Below, in pieces: positions 27,269 through 35,821 of a DNA stretch of 63,176 nucleotides (positions are counted from its first letter, which is position 1; each line of letters starts with the position of its first letter). The notes beneath the pieces were generated by a model. That model was not told the origin of the DNA. It saw nothing but the letters and a program-made list of their open reading frames with translations, and did not search any database. The DNA is taken from NCBI GenBank assembly GCA_039583705.1, contig JAVKSM010000002.1:1-63176 (forward strand), written 5' to 3'. This DNA comes from Pseudonocardiaceae bacterium (lineage in GTDB: Bacteria; Actinomycetota; Actinomycetes; Mycobacteriales; Pseudonocardiaceae). A program made the position numbers and the translations under genes.

Positions 27269-27347
27269 GGTCGTTGCTCTCCTACGTCAGTGCTCCTGCT
27301 TCCGGTGCCCGCGCTTGGTCGACAACGCTACTGCGGCCCGGCGCCGA

Positions 27348-27404
27348 TCGGACGGGGACGTCGAGGTTTGGCGACGACGCTCGGGCGGGGACGTCGAGGT
27401 TTGG
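27348..27404. repeat. two 24-nt direct repeats phased 33 bp apart
   Basis: TCGGACGGGGACGTCGAGGTTTGG (27348-27371) and TCGGGCGGGGACGTCGAGGTTTGG (27381-27404), with one mismatch. Located between two divergently transcribed anti-sigma genes. Confidence 0.9.
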
Positions 27405-27537
27405 ACCGCACCGCCCCCGGTCACCCCATTTCGACGCGCGCCGGATCCCTGGCGGGGAGGTCAGGGTGCTCGCATGTGGCACCACGACGGGCGGCTCGGT
27501 ACCAGCCGACCGCGAGCCGCGGGGAGGAGCTCGACTC

Positions 27538-27912
27538 GTGCACATCGTCGTGCCCGCCCGGCCGGCCCAGCTCGCGTCGCTGCGCGCCGAGCTGCGCGCC
27601 TGGCTGCGCCAGGTCGAGGAGACTTCAGCCGAGGCGGAGCTCGCTGTGCTCATTGCGGTCAACGAGGCGGCCTCCAACGTGATCGAGCACGCCTACCGCG
27701 GTCAGCCGCAGGGCGTCATCGATGTCGAACTGACGGCCACGGACGACGCGATCCGGGTCGAGGTCGTCGACCACGGCCGGTGGCGGCCACCGGCAGCGGA
27801 TCCGGGTAGCCGCGGTCGCGGTCTGCTGCTCATGCAGGGGTGCACCGACATATCCCTGAGCCGCGGCACCGACGGCACCCGGGTCGTCCTGCGCGTCCCC
27901 CGGGCCGCCTGA
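27538..27912 (+). CDS. HATPase_c-type anti-sigma regulatory kinase (RsbW-like)
   Basis: 'AVNEAASNVIEHAY' (N-box) and 'GRGLLLMQGCTD' (G-box). GTG start preceded by GGGGAGGAG. Confidence 0.75.
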   Translation: MHIVVPARPAQLASLRAELRAWLRQVEETSAEAELAVLIAVNEAASNVIEHAYRGQPQGVIDVELTATDDAIRVEVVDHGRWRPPAADPGSRGRGLLLMQGCTDISLSRGTDGTRVVLRVPRAA

Positions 27913-27933
27913 CCCCGCACCCGGGGCGCCCGA

Positions 27934-28380
27934 TCACTCCGGCTGCAATGCCCCTGCCACGTCCGGGTAGATGTCGAACAGTTCGGTGAGCCCCGTCGCC
28001 TCCAGCGGACGGCTGACCGGGCGCGACGCGCACGCCAGCCGCAACGACGTGCCGCGGCGCTGAGCGTCCTCGAGCGCCTCCACCAGAAGCGCCAGCCCAC
28101 TGGAACCCAGGAACTCCACCGCGAGCAGGTCGAGCACGACCACGGCCGGCTGCCGGTCGAGCTCCTCACCCAGCCGGGTGCGCAGGGCGGGGGTGGTGAG
28201 CATATCCAACTCGCCCCGCAACCGGACCACGACGCGCTCGGAATCCAGTCGCTCCACCTCGATGTCGACGACCTGGTCCGTCGTCAGGTCGCCCTCGGTC
28301 ACGAGCGCGGCGTCCCGATCGGCTCCGGTGGCATCAGCCATACTCTCGGTCCCATCCACGTGATGCCGTTGTTGCTCCAC
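27934..28380 (-). CDS. STAS-domain anti-sigma-factor antagonist
   Basis: 'VVRLRGELDMLTTPALR...VVVLDLLAVEFLGSSGLALLVEA' STAS pattern with the phosphorylatable Ser in 'GSSGL'. The start may be ATG 28341. Confidence 0.8.
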   Translation of the reverse strand: MEQQRHHVDGTESMADATGADRDAALVTEGDLTTDQVVDIEVERLDSERVVVRLRGELDMLTTPALRTRLGEELDRQPAVVVLDLLAVEFLGSSGLALLVEALEDAQRRGTSLRLACASRPVSRPLEATGLTELFDIYPDVAGALQPE

Positions 28381-28590
28381 CCCGCTGCCAACCCTACCCG
28401 CGCGCCGCGCCCGACGGTGACGTACGGGGCCTGCGGCACACCCGGTCTGCGACCAGGAACCTGACTGGGCGACCCGATCCTGGAAGAAACGGCGTCGGTG
28501 CCGGATCGGGACGATCTCTCCGGCGGCAGGTTTGGTCGGCTCGACTGCGGGCTATCCCGCGCCGAGCAGGCGGTAATTGATGAGGAGCGC

Positions 28591-28887
28591 ATGATGGCCG
28601 ACGTCCGGCGGTTGCCAGGCCCGATCCTTGATGCGTGGGACTGGCAGGTGCGCGCCGCCTGTCGCGGTATGGACTCCAGCTTCTTCTTCCACCCTGATGG
28701 CGAGCGCGGCCCGCGTCGCGAGCAGCGCGCCACCCGCGCCAAGGCGATCTGCGAACGCTGCCCGGTGATCGAACCCTGCCGCGCCCATGCGCTGGCGACC
28801 AGAGAGCCCTACGGCGTGTGGGGGGGCCTCACCGAGGACGAACGCCGCGTGCTCCTTCGCAAGCACCTCTCGGAACTGGCCGGCTGA
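28591..28887 (+). CDS. WhiB-family Fe-S transcription factor
   Basis: C-X(n)-C-X2-C-X5-C arrangement ('AACRGMD...AICERCPVIEPCRAHAL') followed by 'YGVWGGLTEDER'. ATG 28591 chosen inside the longer ORF. Confidence 0.85.
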   Translation: MMADVRRLPGPILDAWDWQVRAACRGMDSSFFFHPDGERGPRREQRATRAKAICERCPVIEPCRAHALATREPYGVWGGLTEDERRVLLRKHLSELAG

Positions 28888-28898
28888 GGCCCACGCCT

Positions 28899-29102
28899 TC
28901 ACTCCCGCCGCTCGACGCCCGACTGCTGCTCCGGCGCCACGCCTTGGGCGAGCGCCGGGTCGTCGTCGGCCGGCGGCTCCGGCTCGTTCCACTCTTCGCG
29001 CTGCGGCGGGCGTCCCGAGCGCACCATGCTCTCGGTTCCCTGCTTGAGCGCATCGTCCTCACGGGCCCCGTGCTTGTTGCTGCCGCGTTCCATGGTTGCC
29101 AC
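28899..29102 (-). CDS. small hydrophilic protein (67 aa)
   Basis: 'MERGSNKHGAREDDALKQGTESMVR' resembles small stress-associated actinobacterial proteins I cannot name with certainty. Confidence 0.45.
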   Translation of the reverse strand: MATMERGSNKHGAREDDALKQGTESMVRSGRPPQREEWNEPEPPADDDPALAQGVAPEQQSGVERRE

Positions 29103-29250
29103 CTACCCACCAGCGGCCTCCCCGACACTCCCCCGCGCCCGGCAAGAGATTCTTGTGTCGCTGGGTGAACAGTCGGTATCGTCGGGATGCCGACGTTCGT
29201 CCGGCCACTCTGCCGAGCCGTCGTGCCGCCGCAGACCTGAGGAGCCGCCG

Positions 29251-29685
29251 ATGTCCGGCCTCCCCGACCAGGACTTTGACCCGACCCTGACCAGCGGCAC
29301 GGATCCCGCCCCGGAAGATCTCATCAGGGTGAGCGTGACCCGTCCATGGGCCGGCACCGCGGTCGTGCACGTGGCCGGCGAGGTGGACATGTTCACCGGC
29401 CCGCTGCTCCGGCGCCGCATCGGCGACGAACTCGCGGTGGAACCCGAGCACCTCGTACTGGATCTGTCCGAGGTGGTGTTCCTCGGTTCCAACGGACTGT
29501 CGATCCTCGTGGACACCAGCCAGGTGGCGGCGGCGACCGGGACCAACGTGTGGCTCGTGGCCACCTCGACGGCCGTGACCCGCCCGCTGACGTGCACCGG
29601 GGTGTCCGAGCTGTTCCCGCACCACGCGACGGTCACCGACGCGCTGGCCGCCGCTGCGCTCGCCGGCCGCCAGGGCTCGCCTTAG
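29251..29685 (+). CDS. STAS-domain anti-sigma-factor antagonist
   Basis: 'VVHVAGEVDMFTGPLLR...LVLDLSEVVFLGSNGLSILV'. ATG preceded by GAGGAG. Confidence 0.8.
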   Translation: MSGLPDQDFDPTLTSGTDPAPEDLIRVSVTRPWAGTAVVHVAGEVDMFTGPLLRRRIGDELAVEPEHLVLDLSEVVFLGSNGLSILVDTSQVAAATGTNVWLVATSTAVTRPLTCTGVSELFPHHATVTDALAAAALAGRQGSP

Positions 29686-29927
29686 TGTCCCGCTCGGAAG
29701 CCGACCCGCTTGACGATCCCCTTGCCGGGATCGAGGTGCTGAAGGTGGTGAACCTCGTCCTCGGCCATCGGCGTCTCTGTCTGGTTGACGAGGTCCACCT
29801 GGAAGATCGGACAGTCAGGTGCGAGGTCCGCCAGCGAACGGATCTCCTGCGGGCTGATCGTGTCCTTGTCCCAGGAGTAGATGGTGTTCTCGACGGTGAC
29901 CTCGTAGCTCGAGGGTCCGCTTGTCAT
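29682..29927 (-). CDS. single beta-grasp protein resembling the prokaryotic 'multiubiquitin' domain (81 aa)
   Basis: 'YEVTVENTIYSWDKDTISPQEIRSLADLAPDCPIFQVDLVNQTETPMAEDEVHHL...VGF' follows the pattern I recall for this domain (value/partner-length beta strands, 'It..eI..LA', 'eDe.v.L'). Strong codon bias, with GGAAGGGA upstream of the ATG. Confidence 0.45.
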   Translation of the reverse strand: MTSGPSSYEVTVENTIYSWDKDTISPQEIRSLADLAPDCPIFQVDLVNQTETPMAEDEVHHLQHLDPGKGIVKRVGFRAGH

Positions 29928-30006
29928 TTCTCTGGTGTCCCTTCCGTTGGTCCGGGCCATCCTGGGTCGTCCTGGTGGCCGGGTGGTTACCATGGAGTTG
30001 ACAACA

Positions 30007-30380
30007 TGCCTGTGAAAGGGGCCTTGGACATGGGTCAGGAGCACCAGGATGCACCACCCGCCGATGGGGTGTCGGGTGAGGACAGGTGGGCTCCCCTGGC
30101 CTCGCGCGGCGACTGGAGCGAGGAGGCGCACACCAGGATCGACATCCACGAATGCACCACCGCCCGGTGTATGAACGTCGATGTGAACGTCGGCTTCCAG
30201 GGGCTCGCAGCAGGCTCTCCGCTGTCGCCGGCCGCTGCGGTAGGCGAGGATCTCCGCGCCGCGTGGCGGGCCAAGCTCGACGGCGAGGGCAAGGTGGGCT
30301 CGGGGACCACAAGCCTGCGGGACCTCGTCGCCAGGTCACAGGGCCCCGGGCCCCAGCCGCAGGGCGGCCCGCCCGACTGA
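30007..30380 (+). CDS. acidic hypothetical protein (124 aa)
   Basis: The C-terminal part of a longer shadow ORF. G/C-rich third positions from ATG 30007 onward. Divergent from the beta-grasp gene. No motif recognised. Confidence 0.35.
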
Positions 30381-30389
30381 TCGGGCGGT

Positions 30390-30641
30390 TCAGCTCGCCT
30401 CCCGCCAGGCGCCGCCAAGCTCGTCCGATGCCGCCGCAGGGGGACGGCGGCGGGTTCCGGCCACGCCGGTGAGCACGTCGCCCACACAGCGGTAGGGAGC
30501 CAGCGGCAGCCCTGCGAGTTCCGTCTTCGTCGTCGCGTCGGCGCCGTACGTCTCGGCCCACGTCACGATCTGCCACTTCTGCGCCGGGTAGCGGAGTCCC
30601 TCCAGCACCTGCCGCAACCGGGTCTCGTCTGCACTGGCCAT
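30390..30641 (-). CDS. DUF2795-like protein (83 aa)
   Basis: 'LEGLRYPAQKWQIVTWAETYGADATTKTELAGLPLAPYRCVGDV' matches the DUF2795 pattern (YPa.K..l...A...GA). ATG 30641. Confidence 0.65.
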   Translation of the reverse strand: MASADETRLRQVLEGLRYPAQKWQIVTWAETYGADATTKTELAGLPLAPYRCVGDVLTGVAGTRRRPPAAASDELGGAWREAS

Positions 30642-30763
30642 ATCACGCTCCTCGGTGTTGGCGCTGAGTGCCCTGCGCCCTACCTGCTGAAACGGCGCGG
30701 CAGGAAGGAGCGTCCGGTCCCGTGCCGGTCGCCGGGCAACGGGTCGCCACGCAACCGGTCGGC

Positions 30764-32512
30764 TCAGGGGTGGGTGGCGAGGCGGACGGAGCACTCCAGC
30801 AACAACGCGTGGACGAAGGCCTGCGGCAGATTGCCCCGCAACTGGCGCTGCACGACGTCGTACTCCTCGGCATAGAGTCCCGACGGTCCGCACGCCGCGC
30901 GCCCCCGCTCATACCAGCCCCGGGCCTGCACGTCCCGGCCCTGCTGCTTCGCCGCGAGCGCGGCGAGATAGCCGCAGAGCAGGAAGGCTCCCTCCGCTTC
31001 GCTCAGCGGACGAGGGTCTTGCCGGAACCGGTAGACATAGTCGTCCCGGACCAGGTCGGCGAGGACCGCGGCGAGGGTCGCCACGCTCCGCGGGTCGTCC
31101 GTCGGCACGGCACCCCGGATCGCTGGCAGCAACAGCGCAGCGTCGACCTTGTCGTCCTCCGGCGAGCGCTGCCAGCGCCCGGAGGGGTGAAGGCAGTCGG
31201 CGGCGGTGTCCGCGACGATGGCGTCGGCCAGGCTGCTCCACGCCGCGGCCTGCGTCGTGGTCGCCCCCCAACGCGCCACGGCCCGCAGTCCAGCCGCGCA
31301 GGTGAGCCGGGAGTGGGCCCACCGCCGGTTGTCGATCTCCCACAGGCCGGCGTCCGGCTCCCGCCAGCGCTGCTCGACGGCGGCCACCGCGGTCTCGACG
31401 GCCTTCCAGTGCTCGGACTCCAGCCGGTCGCGGCTGGCGGCCGCCGCGAAGAGCAGCAGCGCCTCGCCGAACGAGTCGAGCTGGAACTGCTCGTTGACCC
31501 AGTTGCCCACCCGGTCAGCACCGCCCGGGTAGCCCGACAGGTGCGTCAGCCGGCGCTCGTCGGGCACCCGGGCGCCGTCGACGCGGTAGGCAGGGGCGAG
31601 CCGCGGGCCGTCGGCCAGCAGCCGTTGCGCGACGAAGCGGACCGCGTCATCCAGCAGCGGGTGCGCGCCGTCGGCGGCGACGGCCTGGCCGGCATAACAC
31701 TGGTCGCGGATCCACACGTAGCGGTAGTCGTAGTTGCGCCCGGCCTCCGCCCGCTCCGGCAGGGACGTGGTCGCCGCCGCGACCATCCCCCCGCCCGAGC
31801 TGGTGAGACCGCGCAGCACCGCATAGGCGTGCCGCGCGTCCCGGCGCCCGATCACCTCACCCAGCCCGGGGACCGCGTCCGACCATGCCTGCTCGGTGGC
31901 CTGCCAGGCGATCTCGGGCTGCACGCGGTCGCCCAGCGGCTCCTCCGAAAGCTCCAGGACGAGGTCGTGGTGAGTGCCGGGTGCCAGGTGGAGGTCAAGG
32001 GACAGTCCCGCGTCCCCCGACGGCTCCGCGCGCTCGCCGCCTGACCACCGCAGCCGCACCGACCCCGCCCGCGCGCTCCAGACGCCCTCGTCGTCCCGGT
32101 GCAGCTCCCGCATCCGCTGCTTGCCGAAACCGGCGCGAAGGTCCAGCACCACGCGGACCCTGGCCGGTCCGTCGGTGGCGATCACCCGGCGCAGCAGCAC
32201 CGCGGTGCCCGGCGCCCCGGGAAAGGCCATGGCCTCCCGGCACTCGGTCGTCGCGTCGGTGGTCACCCACCGGGACCGCCAGATGAGGCTGCCGTCCTCG
32301 TAGTGCCCGCCCCACACGTACCGTCCTACGGGACTGACGGCGTAGACCCCGGCGCCCCCGATGAGGGTGCTGAAGACCGCGTCGGAGTCCCACCGGGGGA
32401 CGCACAGCCACACCACGTCCCCGTGAGGGCCGATGACCGCGCCGCGCTCGCCGTCGGCCAGCACCGCGTACTCTCGCAGCACGGTCGGGGGGAACTCCAG
32501 CGGCACCGTCAC
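30764..32512 (-). CDS. glycoside hydrolase family 15 (glucoamylase/trehalase-like)
   Basis: 'NYDYRYVWIRDQCYAGQAV', 'GLWEIDNRRWAHSRL' and 'LYAEEYD' are GH15 catalytic-domain motifs. Confidence 0.85.
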   Translation of the reverse strand: MTVPLEFPPTVLREYAVLADGERGAVIGPHGDVVWLCVPRWDSDAVFSTLIGGAGVYAVSPVGRYVWGGHYEDGSLIWRSRWVTTDATTECREAMAFPGAPGTAVLLRRVIATDGPARVRVVLDLRAGFGKQRMRELHRDDEGVWSARAGSVRLRWSGGERAEPSGDAGLSLDLHLAPGTHHDLVLELSEEPLGDRVQPEIAWQATEQAWSDAVPGLGEVIGRRDARHAYAVLRGLTSSGGGMVAAATTSLPERAEAGRNYDYRYVWIRDQCYAGQAVAADGAHPLLDDAVRFVAQRLLADGPRLAPAYRVDGARVPDERRLTHLSGYPGGADRVGNWVNEQFQLDSFGEALLLFAAAASRDRLESEHWKAVETAVAAVEQRWREPDAGLWEIDNRRWAHSRLTCAAGLRAVARWGATTTQAAAWSSLADAIVADTAADCLHPSGRWQRSPEDDKVDAALLLPAIRGAVPTDDPRSVATLAAVLADLVRDDYVYRFRQDPRPLSEAEGAFLLCGYLAALAAKQQGRDVQARGWYERGRAACGPSGLYAEEYDVVQRQLRGNLPQAFVHALLLECSVRLATHP

Positions 32513-32540
32513 GTCCGACCCCTACCCGGCGTCCGGTCCG

Positions 32541-32580
32541 CTCATGCCGGTCCGTTTCGCCTCATGCCGGTCCGTTTCGC
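32541..32580. repeat. perfect 20-bp tandem duplication
   Basis: CTCATGCCGGTCCGTTTCGC at 32541-32560 and 32561-32580, between the divergent GH15 and SDR starts. Confidence 0.95.
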
Positions 32581-32608
32581 CCCGGCGTGCGCCGGGAAGG
32601 ACGCACGC

Positions 32609-33619
32609 ATGGTGAACTGGAACGGCGAGGCCGTGGTGGTGACCGGAGCCAGCGGGGGTATCGGGCGGGCCGTGGCACGGGAGTTCGGCCGGCGGGGCGC
32701 GAGCGTGGCGCTGCTGGCCCGTGGCGAGGCCGGGCTCGCCGCGGCCGCCACGGAGATCGAAGACAGCGGCGGCAAGGCCCTCGTGGTGCCCACGGACACC
32801 GCCGACCACGCCGCCGTGGACGCCGCGGGGGAGCGCGCCGAACGGGAGCTGGGCCCGATCCGGGCGTGGGTGAACGTCGCTTTCACGTCGGTGTTCGCCC
32901 GTTTCGCCGACATCGAGCCCGACGAGTACGAGCGCGTCACCCAGGTCAACTACCTCGGCTTCGTCAACGGCACCCGGACGGCACTGCGCCACATGCTGCC
33001 GCGCGACTCCGGAGTGGTGGTGCAGGTCGGCTCCGCGCTGGCCTACCGCGGGATCCCGCTGCAGACCGCCTACTGCGGCTCCAAGCACGCCATCCAGGGC
33101 TTCCACGAGTCGCTGCGCTGTGAGCTGTTGCACGACGGCAGCAACGTCCGGGTGACGATGGTCCAGATGCCGGCGGTGAACACCCCGCAGTTCTCCTGGG
33201 TGCGCAACAAACTGCCGCGCAAGGCGCAGCCGGTGCCGCCGATCTACCAGCCCGAGGTCGCCGCCGGCGCCGTGCTCCACGCCGCCGAGCACCCGGCGCG
33301 GCGGGAATACTGGGTCGGCGCCAGCACCGCCACCACCCTCATCGCCAACGCCGTCGCGCCCGGCATCCTCGACCGCTACCTGGCCAGGACCGGGTTCTCC
33401 TCGCAGCAGACCGACGAGCCCAACCCACCGGACGCCCTGGAAAACCTTTATGCGGCCGCCGATGCCGGCCGGGACTTCGGCGCCCACGGCCGCTTCGACG
33501 AGCGGGCCGTTCCCCGGTCGCTACAACTGTGGGTCTCCCAGCGGCACGGGCTGCTCGGCGTGCTGGCCGGTGGTGCCGCCACCGCGGCGGCTGGCCTGGT
33601 GCTCTGGCGCCGCCGCTGA
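32609..33619 (+). CDS. short-chain dehydrogenase/reductase with a C-terminal membrane anchor
   Basis: 'VVVTGASGGIGRA' and the 'YCGSKHA' (YxxxK) motif. The hydrophobic tail is 'LLGVLAGGAATAAAGLVLW'. Confidence 0.85.
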   Translation: MVNWNGEAVVVTGASGGIGRAVAREFGRRGASVALLARGEAGLAAAATEIEDSGGKALVVPTDTADHAAVDAAGERAERELGPIRAWVNVAFTSVFARFADIEPDEYERVTQVNYLGFVNGTRTALRHMLPRDSGVVVQVGSALAYRGIPLQTAYCGSKHAIQGFHESLRCELLHDGSNVRVTMVQMPAVNTPQFSWVRNKLPRKAQPVPPIYQPEVAAGAVLHAAEHPARREYWVGASTATTLIANAVAPGILDRYLARTGFSSQQTDEPNPPDALENLYAAADAGRDFGAHGRFDERAVPRSLQLWVSQRHGLLGVLAGGAATAAAGLVLWRRR

Positions 33620-33713
33620 GGGTCTCTAAGAAGATCGTCTCGGGTGACCCGGACCATCCGCCACCGGAGGCGGAGCGCGTGTAGCCAGAGCGGCCGGAGG
33701 GTAGATATCCGAC

Positions 33714-34127
33714 ATGACAGAGGTGAGCAAGGACACGGATCTACACGAGCTGTCCACCGGTGAGCTGGTGAATCGGCTCACCGAGCAGGTCACGCACCTG
33801 GTCCGCGACGAGCTGCGGCTGGCACAAGCCGAGGTGAAGGAGAAGGGCAAGCGGGTCGGGCTGGGCGCCGGGCTCGCGAGCGTCGGCGGGATCCTGTCGG
33901 TCTTCGGCGTGGCCGCGCTGGTGACCGCGGCGATCGCGGCGTGGGCGATAATTGTGCCGGTGTGGGCCGGTGCCCTTATAGTCGCCGGCGTGCTCCTGGT
34001 GGTCGCCGGAATCTTCGCGTTGGCCGGGGTGGGCGAGGTGAAGCGCGCCAAGCCGCCCGCACCGGAACAGGCGATCGAGAGCACCAAACGCGATATCCAG
34101 GCCGTCAAGGAGAGTATGCAACGATGA
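33714..34127 (+). CDS. holin-X-like (phage holin superfamily III / DUF1469) membrane protein
   Basis: 'LVRDELRLAQAEVKEKGKRVGLGAGLASVGGIL' followed by two TM helices. Confidence 0.7.
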   Translation: MTEVSKDTDLHELSTGELVNRLTEQVTHLVRDELRLAQAEVKEKGKRVGLGAGLASVGGILSVFGVAALVTAAIAAWAIIVPVWAGALIVAGVLLVVAGIFALAGVGEVKRAKPPAPEQAIESTKRDIQAVKESMQR

Positions 34128-34516
34128 GCCACTCCATCGGGCCGAGCGGGGCGGACCCCGACGACCCGGCCGCGCTCCGCGGCGACATCGAGGGCGTCCG
34201 CGCCGATCTGGCGGAGACCGTCAACGCCCTTGCCTACAAGGCTGACCTCAAGGCCCGGAGCCGGGAGAAGGCGAAGGAGGTCAGGGCCCAGGCCAGCGAA
34301 TGGGCCGAGGAGCTCAGGGCGCAGGCCGCCCCGACCGCCCAGCAGCTCGCCGGGGTCGCCCAGGACAAGGCCCAGCAGGCCCTGCGGGTCGCCAAGGAGA
34401 ACCCCGGGCAGGCCAGGGTGGTCGGGGCCGCGTTCGCCGTGCTGACCCTGCTGGTGTTGCGGGGGCGGCGCAGGCGTCGGCGGGAGGACAGGCGTCGGCG
34501 GGAGGTCAGCTGGTGA
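34124..34516 (+). CDS. DUF3618-like protein
   Basis: 'LRGDIEGVRADLAETVNALAYKADLKARSREKA' plus a C-terminal TM segment. ATGA overlap with the upstream gene. Confidence 0.6.
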   Translation: MSHSIGPSGADPDDPAALRGDIEGVRADLAETVNALAYKADLKARSREKAKEVRAQASEWAEELRAQAAPTAQQLAGVAQDKAQQALRVAKENPGQARVVGAAFAVLTLLVLRGRRRRRREDRRRREVSW

Positions 34517-34773
34517 AACTGCTCTACAAACCACTGAGCCTGCTGACCAGCGTGCTCGGCGGGGTGCTCGCAGGCGCAGTCTTCAAGCGGGTCTGGAAGG
34601 CGGTGGCCGGCGAGGCGGAGCCCCCCGAGGCGACCTCCCCGGACTACGGCATGCGCCAGATCATGGTCGCGGCCGCGCTGCAGGGCGCGATCTTCGGCGG
34701 CGTCAAGGCAGCGGTGGACCGCGCGGGCGTCAAGGGCTTCCAGAAGCTCACCGGAACCCATCCTCGCGGTTGA
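34513..34773 (+). CDS. DUF4235-like protein
   Basis: 'LYKPLSLLTSVLGGVLAGAVFKRVWK'. GTGA overlap with the upstream gene. Confidence 0.55.
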   Translation: MKLLYKPLSLLTSVLGGVLAGAVFKRVWKAVAGEAEPPEATSPDYGMRQIMVAAALQGAIFGGVKAAVDRAGVKGFQKLTGTHPRG

Positions 34774-34785
34774 GGAGCTCAGGGG

Positions 34786-35274
34786 GTGATGGCGGGTGGG
34801 CGGATCGGCACCGGCGCGGTCGAGGCGGCCGCGTGGTGGCTGGTGCTCGTCGCCGGCTACCTGTTGCTGATCTCGACGGTGACGGTGGTCGAGTTCGCCG
34901 TCGGCGCGTTCATCTCGGCACTGGCCGGGGTTGCTGCGGTGGTGGCCCGCCGTGCCAGCGGTTCCCGCTTCGCGGTGGGCACCACACTGCGGCTGCTCGC
35001 CTACGTGCCCGCCTCGGTGCTCGCCGACACCGTGCTGCTCGTGCGCGTGCTGGTCGCTGAGCTGGGTCGCCGTGGCACGCCGGCGGGACGGATGCGCACC
35101 GTTCCGCTCGCCTCCCCCGGCGAGACGGCCGCGGAGAACACCTGGACGGCGGTCGCCGCCGGCACGATGAGCATGGCGCCGGGGACTTACGCGCTCGACA
35201 CCCACCGCGGCTCGCTGCTCGTCCACGCGCTGCGCGACGAGCCGGACCGGCTGGAGCGGGCGGTACGCCCGTGA
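34786..35274 (+). CDS. mrpE: Mrp/Mnh antiporter subunit E-like
   Basis: Size, two N-terminal TM helices and 'MSMAPGTYALD' match MnhE. First gene of a translationally coupled seven-gene block. Confidence 0.7.
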   Translation: MMAGGRIGTGAVEAAAWWLVLVAGYLLLISTVTVVEFAVGAFISALAGVAAVVARRASGSRFAVGTTLRLLAYVPASVLADTVLLVRVLVAELGRRGTPAGRMRTVPLASPGETAAENTWTAVAAGTMSMAPGTYALDTHRGSLLVHALRDEPDRLERAVRP

Positions 35275-35522
35275 CCCCCTGGCTGGCCTTCGCGGCCGCG
35301 CTGCTGCTCGTCGGGCTGGCACCTGCCGTGGTGGCCGCGGGCCGACGCGGCACGATGGACCGGCTCGCCGGGCTGGCGCTGGCCGGCACGGTGGCCCCCC
35401 TGGTGCTGCTGGAGCTCTCCGCCGGCTACCGGCGCACCTCCTATCTCGACACGGCTCTCGTGCTCGCGGCGCTGTCTCTCACCGGGTCCCTGGTGTTCGC
35501 CCGGCTGGTGGCCCGCCGGTGA
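35271..35522 (+). CDS. mrpF: Mrp/Mnh antiporter subunit F-like
   Basis: 83 aa, three TM helices, GTGA overlaps on both sides. Confidence 0.7.
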   Translation: MTPWLAFAAALLLVGLAPAVVAAGRRGTMDRLAGLALAGTVAPLVLLELSAGYRRTSYLDTALVLAALSLTGSLVFARLVARR

Positions 35523-35821
35523 CCACGATCGCGGAGATCGTCCTGCTGGTCGCGGGGACCATGGCGGTCGCGCTGGCCGGCCTCGGCCTGCTCGTCGCCC
35601 GTACCACGGCACTGCGGCTGCACTTCCTCGCCCCGGCCTCGTCGCTGGGCGTGCCGCTGGTGGTGGCCGCCCTGGCCGTCGACGAGGGGTGGGGGCGCAC
35701 CGCCGGCAAGGTGGTGCTCATCGGCGTGCTCCTGCTGGGCAGCGGGGCCGTCACGGTCTCGGCGCTGGGGCGGGCCACCGCGCAGCGCAGCGGCCTGGTC
35801 GAGACGGACTCCCCGGAGTGA
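35519..35821 (+). CDS. mrpG: Mrp/Mnh antiporter subunit G-like
   Basis: 100 aa, three TM helices, and the expected position after subunit F. Confidence 0.7.
   Translation: MTTIAEIVLLVAGTMAVALAGLGLLVARTTALRLHFLAPASSLGVPLVVAALAVDEGWGRTAGKVVLIGVLLLGSGAVTVSALGRATAQRSGLVETDSPE

Noticed and set aside
27348-27404. SigF/SigB-type promoter (GTTT-N15-17-GGGTA) within the 24-nt repeats
   Set aside because: GGTTTGG is present in each repeat, but no GGGTA-like -10 follows at the right spacing (GGGCGG after the first copy, nothing after the second). A weak GTTG-N12-GGGCAC on the minus strand nearer the anti-sigma start was also not convincing.
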